DNA of 63,885 nucleotides, the filler included, from Octopus bimaculoides (Eukaryota), in assembly GCF_001194135.2 (NCBI RefSeq). It is 9 parts of 6 records of this genome, joined end to end, with 100 filler letters (N's around TTAATTAATTAA, not from the genome) between each part and the next. Parts side by side here need not be neighbours in the genome. Positions count along the whole stretch, not along the records: positions 1 to 13,808 come from NC_068981.1; 8 more parts are not named here. One strand, 5' to 3'. The notes below the pieces were generated by a model. That model saw only the letters and a list, made by a program, of their open reading frames with translations, had not been told where the DNA came from and ran no database searches. Positions 1 to 11,335 of this stretch are shown here, piece by piece; the first letter of the stretch is position 1; each line of letters begins with the position of its first letter. The position numbers and the translations under genes are program-made.

Positions 1-299
1 CTACATACTGAGCAGGGCCATCTACCTGAAGGGGTTTGTGTTTTATCTACCTTCCTACTTATTAGGATTTTGGTTTTAGCTAGGTTGACTCTAAGGCCCT
101 TCAATTCTAGACCTTGCTTCCACACCTGAAACTTCTCCTCTAGTTCTGATAGTGACTCCGCAATTAGGGCAAGGTCATCAGCATAGAGGAGCTCCCAGGG
201 GCAACCTGTCTTGAACTCCTCTGTAATTGCCTGGAGGACTATGATAAATAAGAGGGGGCTGAGGACGGAACCTTGGTGGACCCCTACCTCTACCTCTAC
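1..299 (-). mobile_element. RTE-clade LINE reverse transcriptase fragment
   Basis: Minus frame from 299 is stop-free: VGVHQGSVLSPLLFIIVLQAITEEFKTGCPWELLYADDLALIAESLSELEEKFQVWKQGLELKGLRVNLAKTK; YADD at 185-174. Confidence 0.92.
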
Positions 300-305
300 C
301 CGGAA

Positions 306-351
<46 letters not shown>

Positions 352-1617
352 ATACAAATTTTTACTTCAAAAGAAAAAAAAATTAAATATAATCAAAATA
401 AAACTAATAAACATAATGTTATGGTGCTCACTCAGCATAAACCAAAACTGTTGTTAGTTTAAAAACAGACACTATAGTATTTAGTAGTAAAGTACATAAC
501 TCTACTTATCTCATTCATAATGATTAGGTAGTTTAATAGTAAGAAGACATCTGTAAAAATATTTACTTTGGCAATTGAAATGGAAATATTTAAATTTACA
601 AAAAAAAAAAAAAAATTTAAATACTGATCATGCTTATGACAAATGGATTATTTTCTCCCAAAATTTTAAACTACAAATAAATACGAGTACAAATGCAGAG
701 GCCATCAACCTCAAAAGCTGGCCTTAAAAATGGTCAAAAAGTAAATCAATAGTTCAGACATTATAGGCAAACATTCACAAACATTTAAAGATTACTTATT
801 TATAAGACTGCATGTATCAGAGGATATGTGAGAATGTTTTTTCTGTATACATTGGCTAAATGTGATGAATAATTCCTTAGGTGGTTATGTAATGGGTAAT
901 GAGACTCGAATGACATTATCTCCTTCTTCATGTCAGGCTGACCATCACTTTTTTGTAAATAATTGTATTTCCCTTCTGCTTACTGGAGGCTCTTAGCTTC
1001 TTTACTCCTACTGCTAAGAGATGCTAAGGGGGAGACATTTATAACACAATACATGTGACATTTACAATGCAAATAGCAATAAATAATAAATAACTCATGC
1101 ATCTTTTAAATGCACAAATAGATCTACTGTCAAGAGTGTAGCAGTCAACATAATGAAATGGGGAACAAATGGTGGAGATAAGGAGGAATTTGGAATTATT
1201 GAAGCAACAGTTAGTGCTGAAAACTGGTGTTTAAATATTTTATTTTGACTGTCTACAATAATCTTGAACAAAAGGTTTATAAAAGCATATACAATTAGTT
1301 GATGGTAACCAACACAGAATAAAGATAAAAACATGAGAGAAATAATAGTATATAAAATACTGGGACATTTAGAGTTAAACAGTCAAAAATGGTAATTATA
1401 TGTGTCAAGTAATTTATGCTTAAAGAAAGTAAGAAATAACATAGAACATGGTAAACAATAGCTGGGATGAAAATATAGATTTGCTTCTGAGGAATGGTAT
1501 ACTTTGATTGAATTTCACAGTTCTATTGTTAATAGCATCTAACAAAACTTGTATAATGGATAAGAAACAATTATGTTGAGATTTTGCTGGAAAACTGTAA
1601 TATTGTTGAAAGCGCAT

Positions 1618-2000
1618 GTTGTTGTTGGCACTCCGTCGCTTATGACGTCGAGGGTTCCAGTTGATCCGCTCAAAGGAACAGCCAGCTCGTGAAATTAACG
1701 TGCAAGTGGCTGAGCACTCCACACACGTGTACCCTTAACGTAGTTCCTGGGGATATTCAGCGTGACACAGTGTGACAAGGCTGACCCTTTGAATTACAGG
1801 CACAACAGAAACGGGAAGTAAGAGTAAGAGAAAGTTGTGGTGAAAGAGTACAGCAGGGTTCGCCACCATCCCCTGCCGGAGCCTCATGGAGCTTTAGGTG
1901 ATTTCGTTCAATAAACACTCACAACTCCCGGTTTGGGAATCGAAACCACGATCCTATGACCGCGAGTCCGCTGCCCTAACCACTGGGCCATTGCGCCTCC
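1618..2000 (-). mobile_element. tRNA-derived SINE family A, full length
   Basis: Head GGAGGCGCAATGGCCCAGTGGTTAGGGCAGCGG with A/B boxes; exact 13-bp TSD GTTGAAAGCGCAT at 1605-1617 and 2001-2013; paralogs at 17378 and 25129. Confidence 0.92.
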
Positions 2001-2344
2001 GTTGAAAGCGCATAGAGAACCAGGAAATATGTCTCTTTTGAGATTGTTTTTTTTTTTTCTGAAGCATTTTATTCTTGGGATTGTGTAAAGTCCTCAAAGG
2101 TTGTATTAAAGGGGCAATTTTAGGTGACAACAGTTTTGAAAACTGTGTTCTTTGTTATACACTTGTCAATCTCTTCTGGCTTGAGTGTTTTCTGTTATTT
2201 TCACCTTTACATCAAGAAATGAATGTGTTCTAGAAAAAGCTACACACAATTGTCCTTGAGAAAATACTTTCTTGTGAAGAAATAATACAACTTCACCAAA
2301 TATTCATCCAAAAGAATTATTTATTATTTACTTCATAAAGAAGT

Positions 2345-2800
2345 ACCAAGCTGTAATTGTGGAGGGAACCTTTGGAAAGGGTAGACCCAGGAAGATGTGA
2401 GACAAATTAGTGTGAAAGGATCTTTGGATGCTGGGTCTCACTGAGGAAATGACAAGGAATCAGGAGTTGTGGTGATTTGCTGTACTTGAAGATGCATCAA
2501 GCTAAGTAAAATCTCTGTTATCCATACATACAGGCTTGTCCTTTACAGGTGCTGGTACCACATAAAATGCTCTCATGGTATGAGTGCTGCATAAACACAC
2601 CTGTGCCAGTGGCATGTAAAAAGTACCCAGCACACTCTGTAAAGTGGTTGGTGTTAGGAAGGGCATCCAGCTGTAAAAACCATGTTGCAACAGACAATCG
2701 GAATCTGGACAGCTCCCTGGCTGACCAGCTCCTGTCAAACTATCCAACCCATACCAGCATGGAAAATGGATGTTTAAATGAGGAGGATGATGATGAATGC
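2345..2800 (+). mobile_element. RTE LINE 3' end fragment (ORF tail and 3' UTR)
   Basis: Decayed GKGRPRKM motif, then UTR (TGGCATGTAAAAAGTACCC, TTAGGAAGGGCATCCAGCTGT) ending in a GAT-repeat tail; same UTR as 10400-10790. Confidence 0.7.
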
Positions 2801-3051
2801 ATTCAATTACATTGAAAATGCTAAGTAAATGTTTTAGAAACTAATCTTTCTCTAAAATGAAAGGTTAGTTGGCACTCACTTGGATTGAGTTTGATCTAAG
2901 TAATTAAATTCTTTGATCCTAATCAAGTGTTATTAATCAAGTCAGCTTAAATTGGTCAGGCTGCAGCTGACCAGGAGCAGGATGAAGAACTATGTCAATG
3001 GAATTCACCTTCTTCATTGTTAAATTTATGTTTCTTTTTTCATCAATGGGC

Positions 3052-3340
3052 TATATATATAAAGATGAGCATGTGTGTGTGTGTGTCTGTCTGTGTNNNN
3101 NNNNNNNNNNNNNNNNNNNNNNNNNNNNNNNNNNNNNNNNNNNNNNNNNNNNNNNNNNNNNNNNNNNNNNCAATGGGCTATATATATAAAGATGAGCATG
3201 TGTGTGTGTGTGTCTGTCTGTGTGAATACCTAAAACTTGAGAACTACATAACCAGTTTCATTCAAATTTTACACATGCCTTACTTAGGGTCCATGTAGTG
3301 TCATAGGCCCAAAAAATTTTAACTAATCAACACCATCTAT
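3052..3340 (+). mobile_element. Helitron 5' segment (same family as 4649)
   Basis: CTATATATATAAAG-(TG/TCTG)n-...AAAACTTGAGAACTAC...TTCATTCAAATTTTACACATGCCTTACTTAGGG, closely matching 4649-4800; interrupted by an N gap. Confidence 0.65.
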
Positions 3341-3359
3341 CAGTGAGATGCCACTACTC

Positions 3360-3955
3360 AGTTTTTGATGCACCATAGAGTTTGTCTCATTCTGGTGAAG
3401 CTTCACATAAAAGCTGGAATGGGGTCGCTTTGTTTGGACTGGTATCAGCAAAGACACTCATGAATGAACTAAGCACTTCATCACTTTTCAGAAGGCTGAA
3501 GTCCATCATCATGTTAAACTGCCTTTTGGCACCCCTGTGACACCTATCATACATTTCTAACTTACCCATATTGATATTGTTGAAGTACTGTTGCCTTCTC
3601 ACAGTTACATACACTTTTTGACCAGCATTGATTGATTAACCAGATGGCTTGAGACTGTTCCACTGAATGATTCAATATTGGATTGGATGAATTGGCACAC
3701 TACAGTCAAGATATGAAGAGGATGTCAGTTCAAATCAAACTTCTCCAAAAAGCTGATCTGTTTTGCATGTGGTAATTGCATGATTGAGTGATTCCATCTG
3801 CAGTTGAATTCAGCTCTTATATCTTACACAGATAGCAGTAACTAGTTAGAATACCTTGCTCTTGTTTGTCTGAATATTTCTTCTACAGTTAAAAACAGAA
3901 TCAGTTGTATAACAGGCAAACTTGTCTGTGGTGATACTTTAACATTATTGCGTCA
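3360..3955 (+). mobile_element. Gypsy/Ty3 LTR retrotransposon integrase relic
   Basis: Decayed frame RFVWTGISKDTHE*TKHFITFQKAEVHHHVKLPFGTPVTP..THIDIVEVLLPSHSYIHFLTSID*LTRWLETVPLND, later MIE*FHLQLNSAL, matching the Gypsy zinc-finger plus DDE core pattern. Confidence 0.8.
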
Positions 3956-4648
3956 AATAGCTTTTAGAGATGTGTACAGTAAAAAGCACTTGGGTCTGTT
4001 GGGATTTTGATAAACAAGATTTATTCTTTCTGTACACACACACAAAAAAATTAATGTTGTCATTACAGACATGGAGAGAGTTTTTGTTCTTGGCATAGTC
4101 ATAACAGCAGATAAAGTGTTGTTAGTTGTTTGCCACCTACTGTTGTCGTCCTTCAACTGTTCATTGCTTTTATGTTGTCAGCTGCTGTTTGCTATCTCTC
4201 TTGGTCATCTCTTACAGTGTCTGTCAATGCATCCCAAATCTCTCTGCTTAGTAATCATGGTGTGTCAACTTTTATACTGTTTGGTAGGCTCAGAAGGAAA
4301 TGTGCTAAAAGAAAGATTGTTGTTGGAGCCTATTCGATGCAAAGTTGTGATTGGTTGGATTTTGTTGATGTGTGGGCAATATTCTAGCAAATTGTGATGC
4401 AGAGCGATTGGTGAATATTCCTGCTACAGATGTTCCAGATCCAGTTCTGTACCTTGACTTCAAGCCTACATGTCCAGCCTGCCACTTTTCTTTTCAGATA
4501 AATACTACTATTGTTAACAGACATTCAATAATGGTCACATGTCTTTGTTCAAAACGATGTGATCCACACAATGCATTGGTTGGTTCAAGGTTATAGTAGA
4601 AGACAGACAGACACACACACACAAACACACAGAGTCAGACAGATATAA

Positions 4649-6150
4649 TCTATATATATAAAAATGAGAATGTGTGTCTGTCTGTCTGTCTGTGTGAATC
4701 CCTAAAACTCGAGAACTACGCAACCAATTTCATTCAAATTTTACACATGCCTTACTTAGGGTTCCAGTTGTGTTTTAGTCAAAAAATTATTAACTTCTTG
4801 CAGAGTTCGAGCACACGGCAACATAATATCTCCTCCACTATTTAAGTATTACGTGTCAAAAGTGAAACAAAAACACTCATGTCAAATACTTTCACTTTAA
4901 AAATGAAACTATTCCACTAACTGAAACAATCACATTTCGATACTGTAGTGACAGATACTTTCACAGAGAGAGAAAGAGAGAAAGAGAGAGAGAGAGAGAG
5001 ATGTNNNNNNNNNNNNNNNNNNNNNNNNNNNNNNNNNNNNNNNNNNNNNNNNNNNNNNNNNNNNNNNNNNNNNNNNNNNNNNNNNNNNNNNNNNNNNNNN
5101 NNNNNNNNNNNNNNNNNNNNNNNNNNNNNNNNNNNNNNNNNNNNNNNNNNNNNNNNNNNNNNNNNNNNNNNNNNNNNNNNNNNNNNNNNNNNNNNNNNNN
5201 NNNNNNNNNNNNNNNNNNNNNNNNNNNNNNNNNNNNNNNNNNNNNNNNNNNNNNNNNNNNNNNNNNNNNNNNNNNNNNNNNNNNNNNNNNNNNNNNNNNN
5301 NNNNNNNNNNNNNNNNNNNNNNNNNNNNNNNNNNNNNNNNNNNNNNNNNNNNNNNNNNNNNNNNNNNNNNNNNNNNNNNNNNNNNNNNNNNNNNNNNNNN
5401 NNNNNNNNNNNNNNNNNNNNNNNNNNNNNNNNNNNNNNNNNNNNNNNNNNNNNNNNNNNNNNNNNNNNNNNNNNNNNNNNNNNNNNNNNNNNNNNNNNNN
5501 NNNNNNNNNNNNNNNNNNNNNNNNNNNNNNNNNNNNNNNNNNNNNNNNNNNNNNNNNNNNNNNNNNNNNNNNNNNNNNNNNNNNNNNNNNNNNNNNNNNN
5601 NNNNNNNNNNNNNNNNNNNNNNNNNNNNNNNNNNNNNNNNNNNNNNNNNNNNNNNNNNNNNNNNNNNNNNNNNNNNNNNNNNNNNNNNNNNNNNNNNNNN
5701 NNNNNNNNNNNNNNNNNNNNNNNNNNNNNNNNNNNNNNNNNNNNNNNNNNNNNNNNNNNNNNNNNNNNNNNNNNNNNNNNNNNNNNNNNNNNNNNNNNNN
5801 NNNNCTTCTCTTGGAAGAGCCCTGCTTCTCACATGGACAACTGTATGTTGGCTGCTCAAGAGTGGGCAGCAACAAAAAACCTATTTGTATATGCTCCACA
5901 AGGGAAAACAAGGAACATAGTTTACAATGAGGTGTTATAATCACAACAGCAAGAAAGTATGTACATGATCACCTTCTTTTACGAAACTTCATTGACTTTC
6001 ATATATTTATATTGATATACATATATATGCGTGTGTTTGGGTGCGTGTGTGTATATACATCTCTATATATAAAGATGATGCGTAGTCTAGACAGCGTTTT
6101 TAGATATCATTATTCTCTTTAACCCGGGCAACGCCGGGTATTTCTGATAG
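4649..6150 (+). mobile_element. Helitron (5' TC end, PIF1 helicase C-terminus, 3' hairpin)
   Basis: A|TCTATATATATAAAA start at 4649; after the gap 5805-5940 encodes LLLEEPCFSHGQLYVGCSRVGS/KNLFVYAPQGKTRNIVYNEVL*; hairpin CCCGG-GCAACG-CCGGG at 6123-6138, then CTGATAG|T (CTAG-like end, AT target). Confidence 0.85.
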
Positions 6151-7023
6151 TAGACTATAAAAAGGAAGCACTGCTTAAAAAAGATCCACTTCAATTACCA
6201 TATTCATATCTACATAAAGTACTTCTAATAATTTACAAGCACTTCACAATTGACATACATGGAAAGAAGGAATCTATCAGCACGGGCCAATTGAAATAAA
6301 TCTATTTTGAAAGTAATACATCTTACTTGATCATTTTTACTCCATCATTTCATCCTTCTTCCTGTATTCTTAATTAATTGCCTGCAATTGTGAAAACAAC
6401 ATCAGATTCAACATCTTTTAATGACTGAAGTTGAGTTGATAAATAATGCTGCTTTGAGTAAAGTTGTGTGTATAGATAAAGGACGAACAAGGAAACCAGG
6501 ATTAAGTGCAACAGTTTATTCAATCCATTAAAAAGTGTTAAGACGACAAAGCTGTAGAGATACGTCTTGAAGGAAAGACCCGAATGCAGTTGGTACATAA
6601 TGATGATGTATGCGAGATAGAACAAGAAATACACATACAAGACATAACTTCTGTTGGAGGACAGGGACAATGTATGTGTCTAAGAAATTGCTGAGGCTGC
6701 CTGCAGAATAAAACTTGCTCTCTGCTGATGATCCAAATATGATCATGCAAAACCCACTTCACTGAGGAAAATAGCAGGAAGACACCCACTATATAGCTGA
6801 TGGTGGTGCACTTGGTTGATCTGCCAGATGAAGGGGTGGACAGCCCGTGTAAAGCTACAGGGACTTGACCGTCATGTGATGAGCTAAAACGTGGGGACTT
6901 AAAGGTGAGGAGCCAAAATGTGAACATGCTTCTGCTACAATCTCATAAACTCAATTCAGCAACACCACTTCTCTTGTCATTAAAACCAGAGCTCAAGAAC
7001 GTACACCAACCAATTTGTTATGT

Positions 7024-7419
7024 CTTTTACTCTTTTATTTGTTTCAGTCATTTGACTGCAGCCATGCTGGAGCACTGCCTTTAGTCAAGCATATCGACCC
7101 CAGGACTTATTCTTTGTAAGCCTAGTACTTATTCTATCGGTCTCTTTTGCTGAACCGCTAAGTTACGGGGACGTAAACACAACAGCATCGGTTGTCAAGC
7201 GATGATGGGGGGACAAATACAGACACACAAACACGCATATATATATATATATATGCGACGGGCTTCTTTCACTTTCTGTCTACCAAATCCACTCACAAAG
7301 CTTTAGTTGGCCCGAGGCTATAGTAGAAGACACTTGCCCAAGGTGCCACGCAGTGGGACTGAACCCGGAACCATGTAGTTGGTAAGCAAGCTACTTACCA
7401 CACAGCCACTCCTGCGCCT
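7024..7419 (-). mobile_element. tRNA-derived SINE family B, full length
   Basis: Head GCAGGAGTGGCTGTGTGGTAAGTAGCTTGCTTACCAAC, internal TA/CA microsatellite, AAAAG-type tail; more than 10 paralogs in window. Confidence 0.9.
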
Positions 7420-8294
7420 ATGTATAAATTATTGGTTAACAACTACTACAACAACAAAGTTAACTCTCATTTACAAAAAATAAATGCATTTATACCCACG
7501 TTCTTCAAACTATTATTCGTTGCTCAGTCCTGTATGACTTTTCATTTATTATTTAGAAAGGAATCAATATAGTGTATCTCTTACTCTATATTTCTACTAA
7601 TTATATCTTTCTCAATTACAAAAGTTTTTATGCGTGTTTTCAACATTCCAGAGACATAGCATTGTCCTCTGTTCATTTGCTGATAATTTTACAGAATCTT
7701 TCTCACTCATTAATACACTCCCTCTCTTCCTCTGTCTTACATTCAAGCAGATAGTCACAACACACACACACACGACTGAATGTTTTGGTCAGTTACTATT
7801 ATCATAGTCTTGATTTCAGCACCCATAAGAATGTACTGTGTCATATGACATGTTTACTTGAATGTAGCAAAGAACTGGCAAATTACATGACTGTTATTAT
7901 GGGCTGTTTTCAGGAAATTTGGTCTCTTTTTTCCTTCTTTTTTTTTTTTTTTCGTTTACAATGTACTGCTTGCCAGGGCCTGCTTTTCTCAGTATAAGAG
8001 ATTATTAATTTGTCTGCTTTTTTGATAATAATGAGTAATAGAAGGAATAATTGCAATAAAGAAGTAATGATAGGTGAGAACTGGATGGATAGCCTGGTCA
8101 GTCACATGATCATGTGAAATAACTTTTTAAACCTTAGTTCAAGGTTTCAGATTTATTGAAGAGCATGTATATAGTTGAGTGAACGTTCCATAATATATGC
8201 CAGATACTTATTTAATCTACCTTGGAAGGATGAAAAGACACTGCTAGTGGGATCTGAACACAGAATGAAAGAGATATACTTAAATCTTTTATCT

Positions 8295-8715
8295 TTTGCT
8301 TGTTCAGTCATCAGACTTTGCCAATGCTGGGGCACCACCCTGAAGAGTTTTAGTTGAACAAATCTACATCAACACTTACTTTTTGAAAAAATTTATGAAC
8401 TTATTCTCATGGTCTCTTTTGCCATACTGCTAAGTTATTGGGAACATAAACAAACCAACACCAGTTGTCAAGAGTTAGGAAAGTACAAATACACACACAC
8501 ACACACATCAACCCATGCCAGCACAGACAATGGACGTTAAATGATGATGATGATATGATGGGCTTCCACACAGTTTCCTTTAACCAAATTCACTCACAAG
8601 GCATTGGTCAGCTCTAAAGGTTGTAGTTGACGGATACTAGGCCAAGGTGTTACATAGTAGGATTGAAGCTGAAACCATATGGTTGCAAAAGTAAGCTTCT
8701 TAATCACAGCTAAGC
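8295..8715 (-). mobile_element. SINE family B, older diverged copy with an RTE-tail insert at ~8507-8556
   Basis: Aligns to family B with many CpG>TpG changes; CAACCCATGCCAGCA...GGACGTTAAATGATGATGATGAT inserted in its internal microsatellite. Confidence 0.65.
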
Positions 8716-8959
8716 AAGTCTTTTAGAAACTACTATTTTTGTCACTTCATGATTCTCAGCACTTCAGAGAACATTCCCTTAAATCTTAAAAGAAAAGAAA
8801 AACAAAAACAATAAGGAAAAAAATCTAGAGTTGCTGACTATTTTGAATGAAAGACACGTAACACATGGCTCAATGTAATGTGGTCGCAGTGTCCTGTAGC
8901 ATAAAAATGATTGGATCAAATTAGTCAAACTCTTTCAAAAAAAAAAAAAAAGACCTATT

Positions 8960-9099
8960 CACTAGTGAAGCTAGAGTGTGTGCTACCACCAGACCCCATA
9001 AAATACACATATTACCTGCAATAGACCCAAAAGTGGTGCCCCTTTAAAAGTACCGCCTGAGGCACACTGCCCATACCACCCCACCCAGCTATGCTAGTG
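8960..9099. mobile_element. hAT-type MITE, 140 bp
   Basis: Imperfect TIRs CACTAGTGAAGCT / CACTAGCATAGCT; exact 8-bp TSD GACCTATT at 8952-8959 and 9100-9107. Confidence 0.85.
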
Positions 9100-9789
9100 G
9101 ACCTATTCTAACGATTTTGACCTCCTCTCCACCTTATATCTTCATGGTGGAATAAACATATTTTATGAATTTTAAATACTGTTTCTACTATTTTTATCTC
9201 TATATGTCTCACGTGACAAATAAAAAGCAATACANNNNNNNNNNNNNNNNNNNNNNNNNNNNNNNNNNNNNNNNNNNNNNNNNNNNNNNNNNNNNNNNNN
9301 NNNNNNNNNNNNNNNNNNNNNNNNNNNNNNNNNNNNNNNNNNNNNNNNNNNNNNNNNNNNNNNNNNNNNNNNNNNNNNNNNNNNNNNNNNNNNNNNNNNN
9401 NNNNNNNNNNNNNNNNNNNNNNNNNNNNNNNNNNNNNNNNNNNNNNNNNNNNNNNNNNNNNNNNNNNNNNNNNNNNNNNNNNNNNNNNNNNNNNNNNNNN
9501 NNNNNNNNNNNNNNNNNNNNNNNNNNNNNNNNNNNNNNNNNNNNNNNNNNNNNNNNNNNNNNNNNNNNNNNNNNNNNNNNNNNNNNNNNNNNNNNNNNNN
9601 NNNNNNNNNNNNNNNNNNNNNNNNNNNNNNNNNNNNNNNNNNNATGTAAATTTCAAATGATGAAAATGAGTGCTCAGTACTGCATTGGTGAATATAATTT
9701 CTTTATTTGTGAATTAAGTCTACCATTGGTTTCATGTTAAGAAAAGTCGGAAAGTATCCTAGTGTCTTAGCAATTTTTCAAGCTGATCA

Positions 9790-10792
9790 CATGGAGAAAG
9801 GTGTTTGCCTCCATTTTGGAAAACTAGTAGTTGATAGCTTCAGTTTCTTAGGTGACCAAGTCAGTAGCAAGGGTGGATGCTCCTAGAGCATAACTGCTAG
9901 AATAAGAATAAGTTGGGCAAAATTCAAAGAGCTCCTACCTCTGTTGGTAACAAAGGCCTTTCCCTCAGATTGAAAGGCAGATTGTATGATGCCTGTGTGT
10001 GAACTGCCATGCTACATGGTAGTGAAATATGGACTGTGACTGCCGAGGACATGTGCAGGCTTGAAAGAAATGAAGTTAGTATGTTTCATTAGATATGCAA
10101 TGTTAGTGTGTATGTATGACAGACTGTAAACATCTTGAAAGAAAAGTTGGGCATAAGAGGCATCAGATGTGGTGTGCAAGAGAGATGACTGAATCGGTGT
10201 GGTCATGTGATGCATATGAATGAGGACAGCTGTGTGAAGAAGTGCCAATCTCTACCAGTGGAAAGTAGCTGTGGAAGAGGGAGACCCAGGAAGACATAGG
10301 ACAAAATGGTGAAGCATGATCTTCAAACATTGGGCCCCACAGAAGCAATGTTTAGTGACTGAGACCTTTGGTGAGATATTGTGCTTGAGAAGTCTCATCA
10401 AGCCAAGTGAAATCATAGGTATGGCTGTTGTCGGTATCATATAAATGGCACCCATGCCAGTGGCACGTAAAAAGCACCTTTCAAGCATTGGGCATCATGG
10501 AAGCAATGACAAATTACCGAGACCTTTGGCAATATGCTGTGCTTGAGAAGACCCATCAAGCTAAGGGAAATCATAGTCATGATATACTGGTGTCATGCAA
10601 CTGGCACCCATGCCAGTGGCATGTAAAAGCAACTATCATACTTTTGGAGAGGTTGGCATTAGGAAGGGTATCCAGCTGTAGAAACCATGCCAGACCAGAC
10701 TGGAGTCTGGTGCAGCCACTCAGCTTACCAGCTCTGGTCAAACCATCCAACCTGTGTCAGCATGGACAGTGGACACTAAATGATGATGATAT
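9790..10792 (+). mobile_element. RTE LINE 3' portion, decayed
   Basis: VVDSFSFLGDQV..ITARIRISWAKFKELLPLL..LKGRLYDACV*TAMLHGSEIW..CGRGRPRKT*; internal ~165-bp tandem duplication; GAT-repeat tail. Confidence 0.88.
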
Positions 10793-11076
10793 TTATATAT
10801 ATATATATATATATATATAGTTTTATTTCAGGTTGGTCATTTGTTTTTGCCCCCAAAACACATGCACTATATATTTGTTCTTCACTTATTTATTACTGCT
10901 CTTATTTTAGCTCATGTCCATTGTCTGGAAATCTTATGTCATATATCTGTGACTTCTTCAGCGACACTTTCCATCCTCGTGTATGCTCCTGCTCCACTTA
11001 AAGACCATCCCAAAATACAAAAATATCTGTTTAAACACAGTTTCACATCAGGAATCTTGCAACACAAATTCATAAA

Positions 11077-11124
<48 letters not shown>

Positions 11125-11125
<1 letters not shown>

Positions 11126-11335
11126 TTTACTTCTTTCAGCCATTTGACTGCAGCCATGCTGGAGCACCGCCTTTAGTTGAGCAAATCGACCCCAGGACTT
11201 ATTCTTTGTAAGCCTAGTACTTATTCTATTGGTCTCTTTTTCCGAACCGCTAAGTTACGGGGACGTAAACACACCACCATCGGTTGTCAAAGAAATGCTG
11301 GGGGGACAAACACAGACACACAAACATATACACAT
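11125..11335 (-). mobile_element. SINE family B 3' half
   Basis: Near-identical to 7030-7230; ends in the internal microsatellite where the Penelope-like sequence begins. Confidence 0.85.

Noticed and set aside
211-462. Plus ORF MNSSVIAW
   Set aside because: Antisense shadow of the RTE RT plus a TA repeat.
1920-2000. tRNA-like sequences (also the heads of families B, C and E)
   Set aside because: A/B boxes continue into SINE bodies, some with TSDs; no full cloverleaf, so not tRNA genes.
3047-3220. 50-bp direct repeat around a gap
   Set aside because: Identical sequence on both sides of Ns indicates an unmerged contig overlap.
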